A stretch of DNA of 42,301 nt from the sequence record DRR378314_2140; one strand, written 5' to 3'. Positions 27,303 to 36,730 of this stretch are shown one piece after another. Every line of letters starts with the position of its first letter. Within the stretch, counting starts at the first letter, position 1. The notes under the pieces were generated by a model. It was not told the DNA's origin. It saw only the letters and a list, made by a program, of their open reading frames with translations, and ran no database searches. The position numbers and the translations under genes were made by a program.

Positions 27303-28922
27303 TTAGTCCTTTTCTATAGTTTTATAGGTATACTTGCTTTTTTTCCACTCTATGAGTTCGGAAGGATAGTACTTTACATTCATCTTATCCAAATATGGAG
27401 CCTGGTTGCCCAACCTCACCTTGTAATTATCCCAATTTCTATTTTCTTCAACACTCCAGCTAAGTTCGGAATAACCGATCATCCTTGGAAAGGCCAAATA
27501 TTCCACTTCATCCATATTGCTAACGGTTTCGGACCAAAGTGGTGCTTCAATGCCCAAAATGTTCTCCTTGTTTATTCCTTGAACATATCTCTCCGGGGTC
27601 CACACATATCCGGTGTCTACAGGAATTAAACCTGCCCAATTAAGTCCGTATTTTGAAAGGGTATCATATTTCATGTCCAAATAGGCTTTTTTTCCTGGAG
27701 ACAAAATAACTTTTAGCCCCTTTTCTACAGCCAGTTTGGCATTTTCTTCATTGGCCCAAAATTGGGCAATGGCACTTGTATCTATGTCAGCGTGTACAAT
27801 TTCATCCCAACCTATCATTTTTTTGCCGTATTTCTTTACAATTTTGTCCACTTTGGAAACAAAATGAATAAAATCCTTCTTTTTGGTAACATGACTTTCA
27901 TCGCCTCCGGCATGAAAATATGGGCCTGGAGTAATGGCTGAAATTTCCCTTACCACATCGTCGATGAAGGCGTAAACGGTATCCTTATTGGCGTCAAAGG
28001 TGCTGAAACCTACTTCGGTTCCGGTATAGATCTTAGGTGTTTTTCCATTTCCATTTAGGATAGGATACGCAACGGATGCGGCATTGGTATGGCCAGGCAT
28101 ATCCACTTCTGGAACTATGGTAATAAAATGTTTGGCGGCATAGGCCACAATGTCCTTATATTCTTCTTGGGTGTAAAAACCACCGGGGCCACCTCCAACT
28201 TCAGAACTTCCACCTATTTCGGTAAGCTTTGGCCAAGATTTGATTTCTATACGCCATCCCTGATCATCGGTAAGATGCAAATGCAAGGTGTTAATTTTAT
28301 AATAGGCCAATATGTCAATATACTTTTTTACATCCTCCACGCTAAAGAAGTGTCGCGCCACGTCCAACATGGATCCCCTGTATTCAAAATTGGGATTGTC
28401 TATAATCTTACCTGTGGGAATCAACCACATCTTATTTTCGGACAGGGTGTCATTACTGGTCTCCGGAATAATTTGCCTTATAGTCTGTATTCCCCTAAAG
28501 GCGCCCTCGGCAGTTTTTGAATTAAGAATAATGGAATCTTGGGTTATGTAAAGGTCGTAACCTTCCTTGGATGAAAATTCAGTACTATCGGACTGATTGA
28601 TAAAAATAATTCGTTGGGAGCTGGTATTGGGTGTAGAATTTACCGCCAAATCCAATTCGGTCTGCCATTTTATCTTTTCTGATAAGAACTCTCCAACCTC
28701 TGGAAAACCTTCGGCATTTTGAGAAGTATAAATGATGGTGTTCTTATCCAACCCAAAGGCACTATTGGTAGGGATTATCTTTAGCGGTCTGGGAATTAAA
28801 TTTTCCGCAGTTAGATCTGTCATGGGAAAGTTGATTACTTTCTTTTTTTTCTGCTGACAGGCAACAAAGGCAGTAAAAACTATCAGTACTACTAGCGATT
28901 TGATTAGGATTGATTTTTTCAT
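27303..28922 (-). CDS. GH20 beta-N-acetylhexosaminidase, predicted lipoprotein
   Basis: YRGSMLDVARHF, HLHLTDDQGWR, PEVDMPGH, HAGGDE catalytic pair, LWSE, FPR; lipobox FVAC. Confidence 0.93.
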   Translation of the reverse strand: MKKSILIKSLVVLIVFTAFVACQQKKKKVINFPMTDLTAENLIPRPLKIIPTNSAFGLDKNTIIYTSQNAEGFPEVGEFLSEKIKWQTELDLAVNSTPNTSSQRIIFINQSDSTEFSSKEGYDLYITQDSIILNSKTAEGAFRGIQTIRQIIPETSNDTLSENKMWLIPTGKIIDNPNFEYRGSMLDVARHFFSVEDVKKYIDILAYYKINTLHLHLTDDQGWRIEIKSWPKLTEIGGSSEVGGGPGGFYTQEEYKDIVAYAAKHFITIVPEVDMPGHTNAASVAYPILNGNGKTPKIYTGTEVGFSTFDANKDTVYAFIDDVVREISAITPGPYFHAGGDESHVTKKKDFIHFVSKVDKIVKKYGKKMIGWDEIVHADIDTSAIAQFWANEENAKLAVEKGLKVILSPGKKAYLDMKYDTLSKYGLNWAGLIPVDTGYVWTPERYVQGINKENILGIEAPLWSETVSNMDEVEYLAFPRMIGYSELSWSVEENRNWDNYKVRLGNQAPYLDKMNVKYYPSELIEWKKSKYTYKTIEKD

Positions 28923-28968
28923 TTATATAGATTGTATTAGTATTATTAGGTTACTCCTGATCTAGGGA

Positions 28969-29613
28969 TCAATTCATATAGGGTTGAATAACTGAAAACC
29001 AAAGGTCGTACCCTTTACTGTTCATGTGAAGTCCGTCACCTATAAAGATATCCTTTTTTACTTGTTTTCCGTCCATCATCACATCCCATACATTGGCGAA
29101 CATCAAGGCATTGTCTTCTTCACATAGCTTTTGGAAAGCCCTGTTCAGTCTAATGTATTTTCTTTTCAGGTTCCATCTGGCTATACTTGGTTTTGCTGCT
29201 ATGATTACTACCTGTGTAGCACTATTTCGTTCCTTTATCTTTTGTATTATTTCACGGGTAGTACCTATAATATCTTTAGTTTTTTTCTTGGCCGCAATAT
29301 CATTATCCCCCTCGTAGATAAATACCTTTTTGGGATTATATTGTAATATTAGTTCGTTGTAATAACGGAAGAGATCGGAAGATTGGGATCCACCAAAGCC
29401 TGAGTTGATAATTTGGTGATCAGGGAACATAGATTCCAGATTTTTCCACATTCTAATGCTGGAACTACCTGTAAATACTATGGTTTCCTTGGAGGAGTCC
29501 CACAGGGATTCATATTTTTTCTGTATGGCCCTTACCTCATTTTGAAAGTCGGGGGCTTTTTGGCCATAACCAAGGAAAGCTAAAGAAAGGAATAAAAAAG
29601 TGAGCTTTTTCAA
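28969..29613 (-). CDS. SGNH/GDSL-like hydrolase, secreted
   Basis: FTGSSS, GFGGS, YEGDND, DGLHMN blocks; TTG start with signal peptide. Confidence 0.88.
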   Translation of the reverse strand: MKKLTFLFLSLAFLGYGQKAPDFQNEVRAIQKKYESLWDSSKETIVFTGSSSIRMWKNLESMFPDHQIINSGFGGSQSSDLFRYYNELILQYNPKKVFIYEGDNDIAAKKKTKDIIGTTREIIQKIKERNSATQVVIIAAKPSIARWNLKRKYIRLNRAFQKLCEEDNALMFANVWDVMMDGKQVKKDIFIGDGLHMNSKGYDLWFSVIQPYMN

Positions 29614-29726
29614 TGTAATTGAATTTAAGGTTTAAATTATAATATTTATTGTTCCTGTCAAATAATTTTCGACCGGGAACATTGGTTGTTCGCTAATGGT
29701 AAAATTTGGCCTTAGTCGGACTTCGA

Positions 29727-30614
29727 TTAAGGTTGATGGCGTGGAACTACAATTCCCTCCGCTACAGACCATTCGTAAAAACGTGATATCCAATTGTCCG
29801 AGGGCAAGTTCTGGGTTTTCATTCCAAAACCATGACCACCCTTGGAATACATGTGCAGTGCGGCGTTCATTCCCGACTTTGACCAGGCCGAGTACAGATC
29901 TATACTCTCATGTGCTAGGTCATATTGATCGTCCGAGGCGCAGATAATCAACATTGGCGGAGCGTCATGGGGAACACTATAGGGGTCTAAAACTGTCATC
30001 CACGGATAAACAGGAACTATAAAATCTGGCCTGTTGGATTTAACATAATTAAAAGTAACGCCCATGGTTACGGAACCACCAGCGGAAAAGCCCATAAATC
30101 CTATTTTGTTGGGGTCGATTCCCAATGACTTTGCGTTGCTCCTTACATAGTCCATTGCATTTAAACCATCTGCTGTTGCCAGGTCAAGGACCATGGCCAT
30201 TTTTTTTGTCATTGCCGAAGAAGTATTTTGATTATCTCCATTTTCATTGGGGAGGGCACTTTCATTTTCTGGCAATAGTCTGTATTTAAGTACAAAGGCC
30301 GTAATTCCTTTGGAGTTTAACCATTTTGCTACATCTACACCTTCGCTATTGATACTTAATACCCGAAGTCCACCACCGGGTGCAATAACAACTGAGGTTC
30401 CATTATTTAGGGAGGGCGTTGGTATAAATATTTGAAGGGTTGGTGTAGAAACATTGGAAATCAATTCGGTTTGCCACTGTTCGGAATAAGTTGTTTTTTC
30501 ATCGCCTAGCCAAACTAACTCAGTATTGTTTTCGTTAGGAAGTAGAACAATTTCCTGCGAAATCATCATTTGGGGCAATTGCATGGCAATAAGAAAAAGT
30601 ATAACTCTTTTCAT
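29727..30614 (-). CDS. Alpha/beta hydrolase (carbohydrate esterase-like), secreted
   Basis: APGGG oxyanion motif, LKYRL, GFSAGG, ASDD, GGHGFG; true start likely ATG 30614 (signal peptide MKRVILF). Confidence 0.85.
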   Translation of the reverse strand: MKRVILFLIAMQLPQMMISQEIVLLPNENNTELVWLGDEKTTYSEQWQTELISNVSTPTLQIFIPTPSLNNGTSVVIAPGGGLRVLSINSEGVDVAKWLNSKGITAFVLKYRLLPENESALPNENGDNQNTSSAMTKKMAMVLDLATADGLNAMDYVRSNAKSLGIDPNKIGFMGFSAGGSVTMGVTFNYVKSNRPDFIVPVYPWMTVLDPYSVPHDAPPMLIICASDDQYDLAHESIDLYSAWSKSGMNAALHMYSKGGHGFGMKTQNLPSDNWISRFYEWSVAEGIVVPRHQP

Positions 30615-30625
30615 TGATATGTTGA

Positions 30626-31876
30626 TTAGTATTTTGTAATGAGCGATTGGTAAACCATTTGTCTCATTTTCTCCCCATAATAATTGTTGTAAGGTTGTAG
30701 CTGACTCATTAGGATTACTATGAGTTCTTCTTTTGGGTCTATAAAGAAATAGGTGCAATAGGCTCCGCTCCAATAGTATTGACCTACCGAGCCCAATGCT
30801 TTGCTGTCAGCTAGATCGGTGGTAACACCAAATCCCAATCCAAAACCTTGCCCTGCGGCCTCATATAAATTGCCTACTTGGTTCATGGTCATGATATCCA
30901 CGGTTTTGGGACTTAGTAAATGTTTACCTTTGAATTGCCCTTTGTTTAGAAGCATTTGGCAAAATTTCATATAGTCGGAGGCACTGGAAAAAAGGCCATG
31001 CGTACCTCCGTAAATGGTATTGCCCTCTGGGGGCAATTGGGTTTTGGAATTTATCAGATTCCCTTGTTTGTCCAAATTATGAACTGGCATCCATCTCCCC
31101 TTATTTTCTTGGGATATATTATACCCAGTGTCTTTCATGTCCAAGGGGTCAAATATCCTATCTTTTAAAAATTCGGCAGTGGTCATACCGGAGAAATGTT
31201 CAATAAGCAAAGCCAAGACATCTGGGGATGCACTGTAGTACCATTGTTCCCCTGGGTGTCCTATAAGGGGCATTTCTAGCATAGCGTTTACCCTACTTTC
31301 TATATCCTTATGTGGTTCGGAGTAAAGTGCTTTAGCAATCTCGTTGTCCAATTTGGTTCCTCCCAGGCCATGTGAAAATCCGGCGGTGTGCGTTAAAAGA
31401 TGGTTAATGGTTATTTCCTTGTTGGCCGGTTCCGTTACTCCGGTTGCCCCTTGATCCACATTCTTCGCTACCTGTAGATTCTTGAACTGGGGTAAATATT
31501 TGGAGACCGGATCTGTTAGGGAGAAATATCCTTCCTCATATAACATCATAAACGCAGCAGTTACTATGGGCTTTGTCATGGACATGATATGGAACAACTG
31601 ATCTTGTCGAATAGGGGTCTTATCGGCCAAACTACTATATCCATAGGCAGTTTCGTGAACAATTTCTCCCCGTCTCATAATATAGGAAACGGCACCTGGA
31701 ATTCTTCTTTCGCTTATTTCTTTTTTAAGAAAATCGTCATATCGGTTCAACCTTTCCTTATCAATTCCCGATATGTTTACACTTGATAGGGCATTTGAAC
31801 CAGTTTGCCCATTGGCAGGAACAGCTAGGATTAATAGAAGAAACAATAGCGTTATAATTGCGTTTGTGTTTTTCAT
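30626..31876 (-). CDS. Serine hydrolase, beta-lactamase (class C / EstB-like) family
   Basis: SMTK (SxxK), LLTHTAG, PGEQWYYS, WSGAY; signal peptide. Confidence 0.9.
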   Translation of the reverse strand: MKNTNAIITLLFLLLILAVPANGQTGSNALSSVNISGIDKERLNRYDDFLKKEISERRIPGAVSYIMRRGEIVHETAYGYSSLADKTPIRQDQLFHIMSMTKPIVTAAFMMLYEEGYFSLTDPVSKYLPQFKNLQVAKNVDQGATGVTEPANKEITINHLLTHTAGFSHGLGGTKLDNEIAKALYSEPHKDIESRVNAMLEMPLIGHPGEQWYYSASPDVLALLIEHFSGMTTAEFLKDRIFDPLDMKDTGYNISQENKGRWMPVHNLDKQGNLINSKTQLPPEGNTIYGGTHGLFSSASDYMKFCQMLLNKGQFKGKHLLSPKTVDIMTMNQVGNLYEAAGQGFGLGFGVTTDLADSKALGSVGQYYWSGAYCTYFFIDPKEELIVILMSQLQPYNNYYGEKMRQMVYQSLITKY

Positions 31877-31988
31877 GATTTTCTTGGATTAATCTTTTAA
31901 AGATAAGATTAAAAAATTGTTCCATTAAATCCTTAATTGTTATTATATTAGAGTAATAGCCAAACCAATACCACAAACCAAAAACACC

Positions 31989-34199
31989 ATGCCCAACCAA
32001 AAATTTTTATTAGTTCTTTTCGCCGTTTTATACTTTTCTACAATTGGATTTTCCCAAACGCCAGTTTTAGATAATGACACCCAAATACGACCAACCGCTG
32101 TTGCAGTTCCCATTGAAACCGATCCTATGATCGATGGGAATATTTTAAAAGATGAAGTTTGGCAAAAGATAAAACCCTTTGGGGGCTTATTACAAAGTCA
32201 ACCCAATTACGGACAAATGGCCAGTGAGCGGACGGAGATAAGAATTGCCTACACGGAACACACTTTTTATTTGGCAGTAGTCTGTTATGATTCGGATCCT
32301 GATGGGCTTGTAGTTTCCGATGCCAGAAGGGATGCTTTGTTGGATAATACCGATGCATTTCTTTTTATAGTGGATACTTACAAGGATAATCAGAACGGCT
32401 TTATTTTTGGAACCAATTCCCTAGGGGTGGAATATGATGCCCAGGTAGATAACGAAGGTCAGGGCAACCAAAATACAAATAGGCAACAAGGCGGGACCAT
32501 AGGTGGCTTTAATTTAAATTGGGATGGGTCTTGGAAGGTTAGGACTTCAGTGCACGACGAAGGATGGAGTGCGGAATTTGCCATTCCATTGCGTACCATA
32601 AGATTTCAGCCAGGCAAGGATTGGGGCATTAATTTTCGCAGAAATATAAGGAAGACCAATGAAATTGTTTATTGGTCGCCCATGCCCATAGGGTTTAACT
32701 TAAATAGACTTTCCTTGGCCGGCACCCTTACGGGCCTAAATCTTAAAACTCCTAGAAATTTAAAGGTTATTCCCTATGTGCTGGGACAATTGGCCAAAGA
32801 TTTTGAAGCCAATGATCCGAAGGCAAAATTTACCCCTGAGGTGGGTGGGGATATAAAGTTTAGTATTACCCCTAGTCTTACCTTGGACCTTACCTATAAC
32901 ACCGATTTTGCCCAGGTGGAGGTAGATGAGCAACAGGTAAATCTGGATCGTTTTAATTTGTTTTTTCCAGAGAAGCGACCGTTTTTTTTGGAGAATGCAG
33001 GCTTGTTCAGTGTGGGGAGTCCTGGGGAAGTAGATCTGTTTTTTAGTAGACGTATCGGGATAGGGGACGATGGAAACATAGTGCCTATAATTGGAGGAGC
33101 CAGATTATCCGGGAAATTGGACCGAACCAATGTTGGACTTTTAACCATGTTTACCGATGAGGTTGAGGACGCGGGAATTCAGAAGAATAATTTTACGGTA
33201 GCTCGCGTTAACCATGAATTCAAAGGGCGTTCCGCCTTGGGGGCGGCGTTTATCAACCGTTCAGGGATAGGTGTCGATGATGACTTTAACAGTACCATAG
33301 CCCTCGATGGAAAATTGGGTTTGGGCCGTAAGGCCAGAATGACCGGTTTTTATGCCCGTACCAATGGGCCAATGGATACCATAAATGAAAATTCTTTCCG
33401 GCTTAAAACCGACTATATTTGGAACAGTTGGGAAATAGGAGGGGGGTATACGGAAGTTGGGGAAGGTTTTAATCCAGAAGTCGGATTTTTACAGCGATCT
33501 GCCTTCAGAAAGCCGGAAGCTCGGATTTTATATCACTACAGGCCAAAAAATGAAAACTCTGTTATCTTGGAATTAAGGCCTCATATTTCCTACAATAGTT
33601 TTTGGAATTTTGAAGGCTTCCAAGAAACTAGCTATACGCATATTGATAACCATTGGGAGTTTAAAAGTGGGATGGAAATCCATACTGGTCTAAACCTTAC
33701 CACAGAGGGGGTTTTGGATCCTTTTGAAATTTCAGATGGGGTCACCGTATTGCCCGGTACCTATAGGCACTCGGAATCCCAATTGGTTTTCTTTACCAAT
33801 AAAAGTAATCCCGTATCTGTAAATATTCGTTCAGTGATCGGTGGTTCTTTTGGGGGTAAAAGATACCAACAAAGTGCCACCTTGAGTGTGCGATTGGGAG
33901 ATAAGTTCAATTCTGATTTTATATATCTCTATAACAATTATCAATTGCCGGTCGGCGATTTTACCGCGAATATTTTCCGTAGTCAAATGACATATTCCTT
34001 TAGACCCAATTTATATGTACAGAGTTTGGTGCAGAACAATTCGGCCAACGAGCTTTGGGCGGTAAATTTGCGATTGGGCTGGTTACAGCGTGCCAATACA
34101 GGGCTATTTGTGGTCTATAATTACAATGTACGGGAGGGCGATCCCTTAAACAATAGCATTATTGTTAAATATAGCCGTATGTTCGATTTGGTAAACTAG
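31989..34199 (+). CDS. CBM9-like plus DUF5916 domain protein (probable outer-membrane beta-barrel)
   Basis: IDG...W, WSAEFAIPL..IRF, WGINF.R (CBM9-like); NTDFAQVEVD, NLDRFNLFFPEKRPFFLE, LFFSRRIG; C-terminal amphipathic strands. Confidence 0.8.
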   Translation: MPNQKFLLVLFAVLYFSTIGFSQTPVLDNDTQIRPTAVAVPIETDPMIDGNILKDEVWQKIKPFGGLLQSQPNYGQMASERTEIRIAYTEHTFYLAVVCYDSDPDGLVVSDARRDALLDNTDAFLFIVDTYKDNQNGFIFGTNSLGVEYDAQVDNEGQGNQNTNRQQGGTIGGFNLNWDGSWKVRTSVHDEGWSAEFAIPLRTIRFQPGKDWGINFRRNIRKTNEIVYWSPMPIGFNLNRLSLAGTLTGLNLKTPRNLKVIPYVLGQLAKDFEANDPKAKFTPEVGGDIKFSITPSLTLDLTYNTDFAQVEVDEQQVNLDRFNLFFPEKRPFFLENAGLFSVGSPGEVDLFFSRRIGIGDDGNIVPIIGGARLSGKLDRTNVGLLTMFTDEVEDAGIQKNNFTVARVNHEFKGRSALGAAFINRSGIGVDDDFNSTIALDGKLGLGRKARMTGFYARTNGPMDTINENSFRLKTDYIWNSWEIGGGYTEVGEGFNPEVGFLQRSAFRKPEARILYHYRPKNENSVILELRPHISYNSFWNFEGFQETSYTHIDNHWEFKSGMEIHTGLNLTTEGVLDPFEISDGVTVLPGTYRHSESQLVFFTNKSNPVSVNIRSVIGGSFGGKRYQQSATLSVRLGDKFNSDFIYLYNNYQLPVGDFTANIFRSQMTYSFRPNLYVQSLVQNNSANELWAVNLRLGWLQRANTGLFVVYNYNVREGDPLNNSIIVKYSRMFDLVN

Positions 34200-34221
34200 A
34201 GCGGCACACCATCCTAACTTT

Positions 34222-34545
34222 TTATATCATTACTTCACTAATCTGAACAACAGGTTCAATGTTTGTAAAATTGGGAAGATCGCCCATAATTTTTTCCGCA
34301 TTCGGGCCGAAGGAATTCTGAAAAGAATCCATAGATGCAAAATATAAATTGCCCATAGCTGCATAAGTTGCAGGTGATCCAGGAATGGCTCCTCCAAGTC
34401 CTTTTTCTACAGTTGCGGCCTTTACAGAATCCCCTAATAATTCCCCAACCAGTTGTACATGTTGGTTGCAATAATAATCCATATCAAAATTTTTGCCTTC
34501 TCCGTTAGGATACAAAACGCTTACTTTAATCATTCCTTTTTTCAT
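34222..34545 (-). CDS. EthD family protein
   Basis: VSVLYP...FDMDYY...H, DLPNFTNIEPVVQISEV. Confidence 0.88.
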   Translation of the reverse strand: MKKGMIKVSVLYPNGEGKNFDMDYYCNQHVQLVGELLGDSVKAATVEKGLGGAIPGSPATYAAMGNLYFASMDSFQNSFGPNAEKIMGDLPNFTNIEPVVQISEVMI

Positions 34546-34675
34546 AATAGTTTATCTTAATTGTTTTTCCAAATGTCAATAATAATAGGAGGCTGCTTAA
34601 ATGAAAGCATTTGCAAACAGGGATTTAAGAGTATAAGTTGTAAACTTGCTGCAAATACTTAAATATAATAATGTT

Positions 34676-35572
34676 CTATCTAATCCCCTTTACATTCATT
34701 TTTAGAGTGTACAAGGAGGTCATGGCGGTAATAAATAGGGTTTTTTGGTCTTTGCCTCCAAAGGTTACGTTGGCCGTCCACTTCTGGTCAATAGGAATAT
34801 GCGATATTTGTTCCCCTATGGAATTAAAAACGGTCACCCCGTTCCCTGTCAGATATACGTTCCCCCGGTTGTCCATGGTCATGCCATCGGAGCCCATATT
34901 GGCAAAAAGGGTCTTGTTGCTTAGGCTGGCATCTGGGTTTATGGTATAGGAATAGGTCTTTTTATCTCCTATGTCAGCAATGTATAAAAGCGTACCCTTC
35001 TTATTACCAATGATGCCATTGGGCTTCACAAAATCGTCACCTACAATGATTATATCCTGATGATCTGGAGTAAGATAGTAAACGCGCTGTTGTTCTATCT
35101 CCTGTTCAGTTCTTGTCCAGTATGGTCGTTTGTAGAAAGGGTCGGTAAAATAGATACCGCCTTTGGGGTCGATCCAAAGATCGTTGGGACCGTTTAATTT
35201 TTTGCCTTTAAAATCATCGATCAAGACAGTAATGTTTTTTTGGGAATCTATTTTCCAAAGTTGATTTTTATCATCTGCACAAGCCAATAGATTTCCTTGG
35301 TGGTCAAAGTAGAGTCCGTTAGATCTTCCAGAAGGCTCCATATATACGGATACGGCTTTCTCCTTGTCAGACCACTTTATAATACGGTCGTTGGGTTGGT
35401 CCGTAAAATATACATCCCCGTTGGGGGCTACTGCCGGTCCTTCGGTAAAAAAATAATCAGTGGCAACCAAACGGACTTTAGCATCCTCGGCAATCAAAGG
35501 AGTCTGCAGTGATTTGCAGGACAAGGAGAACAAAATCGGTATTGTTAAAAATACATTTAAAACTTTTTTCAT
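34676..35572 (-). CDS. SMP-30/gluconolactonase family protein, predicted lipoprotein
   Basis: FTEGP, VYFTD, SNGL, LNGPNDL, PNGI, DGMTMD, NVTFGG; lipobox SLSC. Confidence 0.9.
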   Translation of the reverse strand: MKKVLNVFLTIPILFSLSCKSLQTPLIAEDAKVRLVATDYFFTEGPAVAPNGDVYFTDQPNDRIIKWSDKEKAVSVYMEPSGRSNGLYFDHQGNLLACADDKNQLWKIDSQKNITVLIDDFKGKKLNGPNDLWIDPKGGIYFTDPFYKRPYWTRTEQEIEQQRVYYLTPDHQDIIIVGDDFVKPNGIIGNKKGTLLYIADIGDKKTYSYTINPDASLSNKTLFANMGSDGMTMDNRGNVYLTGNGVTVFNSIGEQISHIPIDQKWTANVTFGGKDQKTLFITAMTSLYTLKMNVKGIR

Positions 35573-35642
35573 CTAATAAATTTTATTCTTAGAACTAATT
35601 GGGAATAATTATAGGTATGGGTTAAGGCCTATATTTTATCAA

Positions 35643-36671
35643 TCAATGTTGGTGTTCTTTTTCATAGTGGGCCTTTAGAACGTCTTCCCCGTAATCATTG
35701 GTCAGATCCCTTACAACGGTGTGTACATGGTTGGCATCGTTTTGGGTGTTATCATATTCTATGAGTAAGCTAGGGCCTTGAATACGGAAGTAATGCCCTT
35801 TACCGGGATGTTGACTTCCGGCCCAGGCAAATTTTAAGTTGTCTATTCCCGCCTTATTTATTTTGTCTCGAAATCCGGCGGCAAATCCATGTTCGTAATT
35901 ATTGATGTACAGGTCCAGAAGTTCCATGAAAATCTTCTTTTGGTTTTGGGACAGGTCCGTATATGGTATTCCCAAAGACTCTAGTTGCTCTACCTTTCTT
36001 TTGGTTGTGGTGATGATATCATGTGGGGCAACATCTGTAAATACTACTGTTTTTAATTGTTCCGGGGTCATGGAGTGAAGAAGGGAAAAACTTAATTGGG
36101 CTTCTTTTTTCAATACTTCCTTGCCCTTGTATTCGGTACTTCTTACAATGCCAGGGTTGGTCCCAAAAAAAGTAGGGGTAGAGGAGCTTATGATACCTTC
36201 GGTAGAAGTAAAATTTAAGGAGAGGTGGTGTCCTTCAAATCGCCATCCCCAAGGTTGGTCCTTGGATGGATTGCCAAAAATACAAAAGTGATAATTTAAG
36301 GGGTCGCGCCTAGGCCTACCGTCAGGCATTTTATCGTTATCATCATTTTCAATAATTCTCAATACTTTTTCCAGTTCCATAATTTCCTGGGACTTGCGAA
36401 AGCCTTCCTCACTCAAGGAAGCCCTTAATAGGTCGAGTGCTGCCTTTTTTTGTGTCTCGTTAAAATCATGGAATGTGGCCCCTTCCCTTGGAATGGGTAC
36501 GTAATTCATATTAAAGCGTTCTGAATCATCTAAAGTAAATAGGGTTTTGGCTTTTATCTCGTCGGACAAACTATTTAAAAACGTATTGGCCTTTTCCAGT
36601 ACGTGCTGAGCTGGTAGAAGACCAACAATCATGAGGAGTAGGGACGAAGAGACTATTTTTTTCAGGGTCAT
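35643..36671 (-). CDS. DUF3500 domain protein, secreted
   Basis: IFGNP..WGWRFEGHHLSLN, TPTFFG, FAWAG, RIQGP..LIEYDNTQ..ANHVHTVVRD; start likely ATG 36671. Confidence 0.82.
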   Translation of the reverse strand: MTLKKIVSSSLLLMIVGLLPAQHVLEKANTFLNSLSDEIKAKTLFTLDDSERFNMNYVPIPREGATFHDFNETQKKAALDLLRASLSEEGFRKSQEIMELEKVLRIIENDDNDKMPDGRPRRDPLNYHFCIFGNPSKDQPWGWRFEGHHLSLNFTSTEGIISSSTPTFFGTNPGIVRSTEYKGKEVLKKEAQLSFSLLHSMTPEQLKTVVFTDVAPHDIITTTKRKVEQLESLGIPYTDLSQNQKKIFMELLDLYINNYEHGFAAGFRDKINKAGIDNLKFAWAGSQHPGKGHYFRIQGPSLLIEYDNTQNDANHVHTVVRDLTNDYGEDVLKAHYEKEHQH

Positions 36672-36730
36672 TTTAATTTTTAAGCACATTTTTCGGTTTT
36701 TTGATTATTTCTGTTTCAACTGTATTAATA

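Noticed and set aside
30615-30773. N-terminal 53 aa of the 348-aa ORF
   Set aside because: Overlaps the upstream serine hydrolase in another frame; a signal peptide starts at ATG 30614
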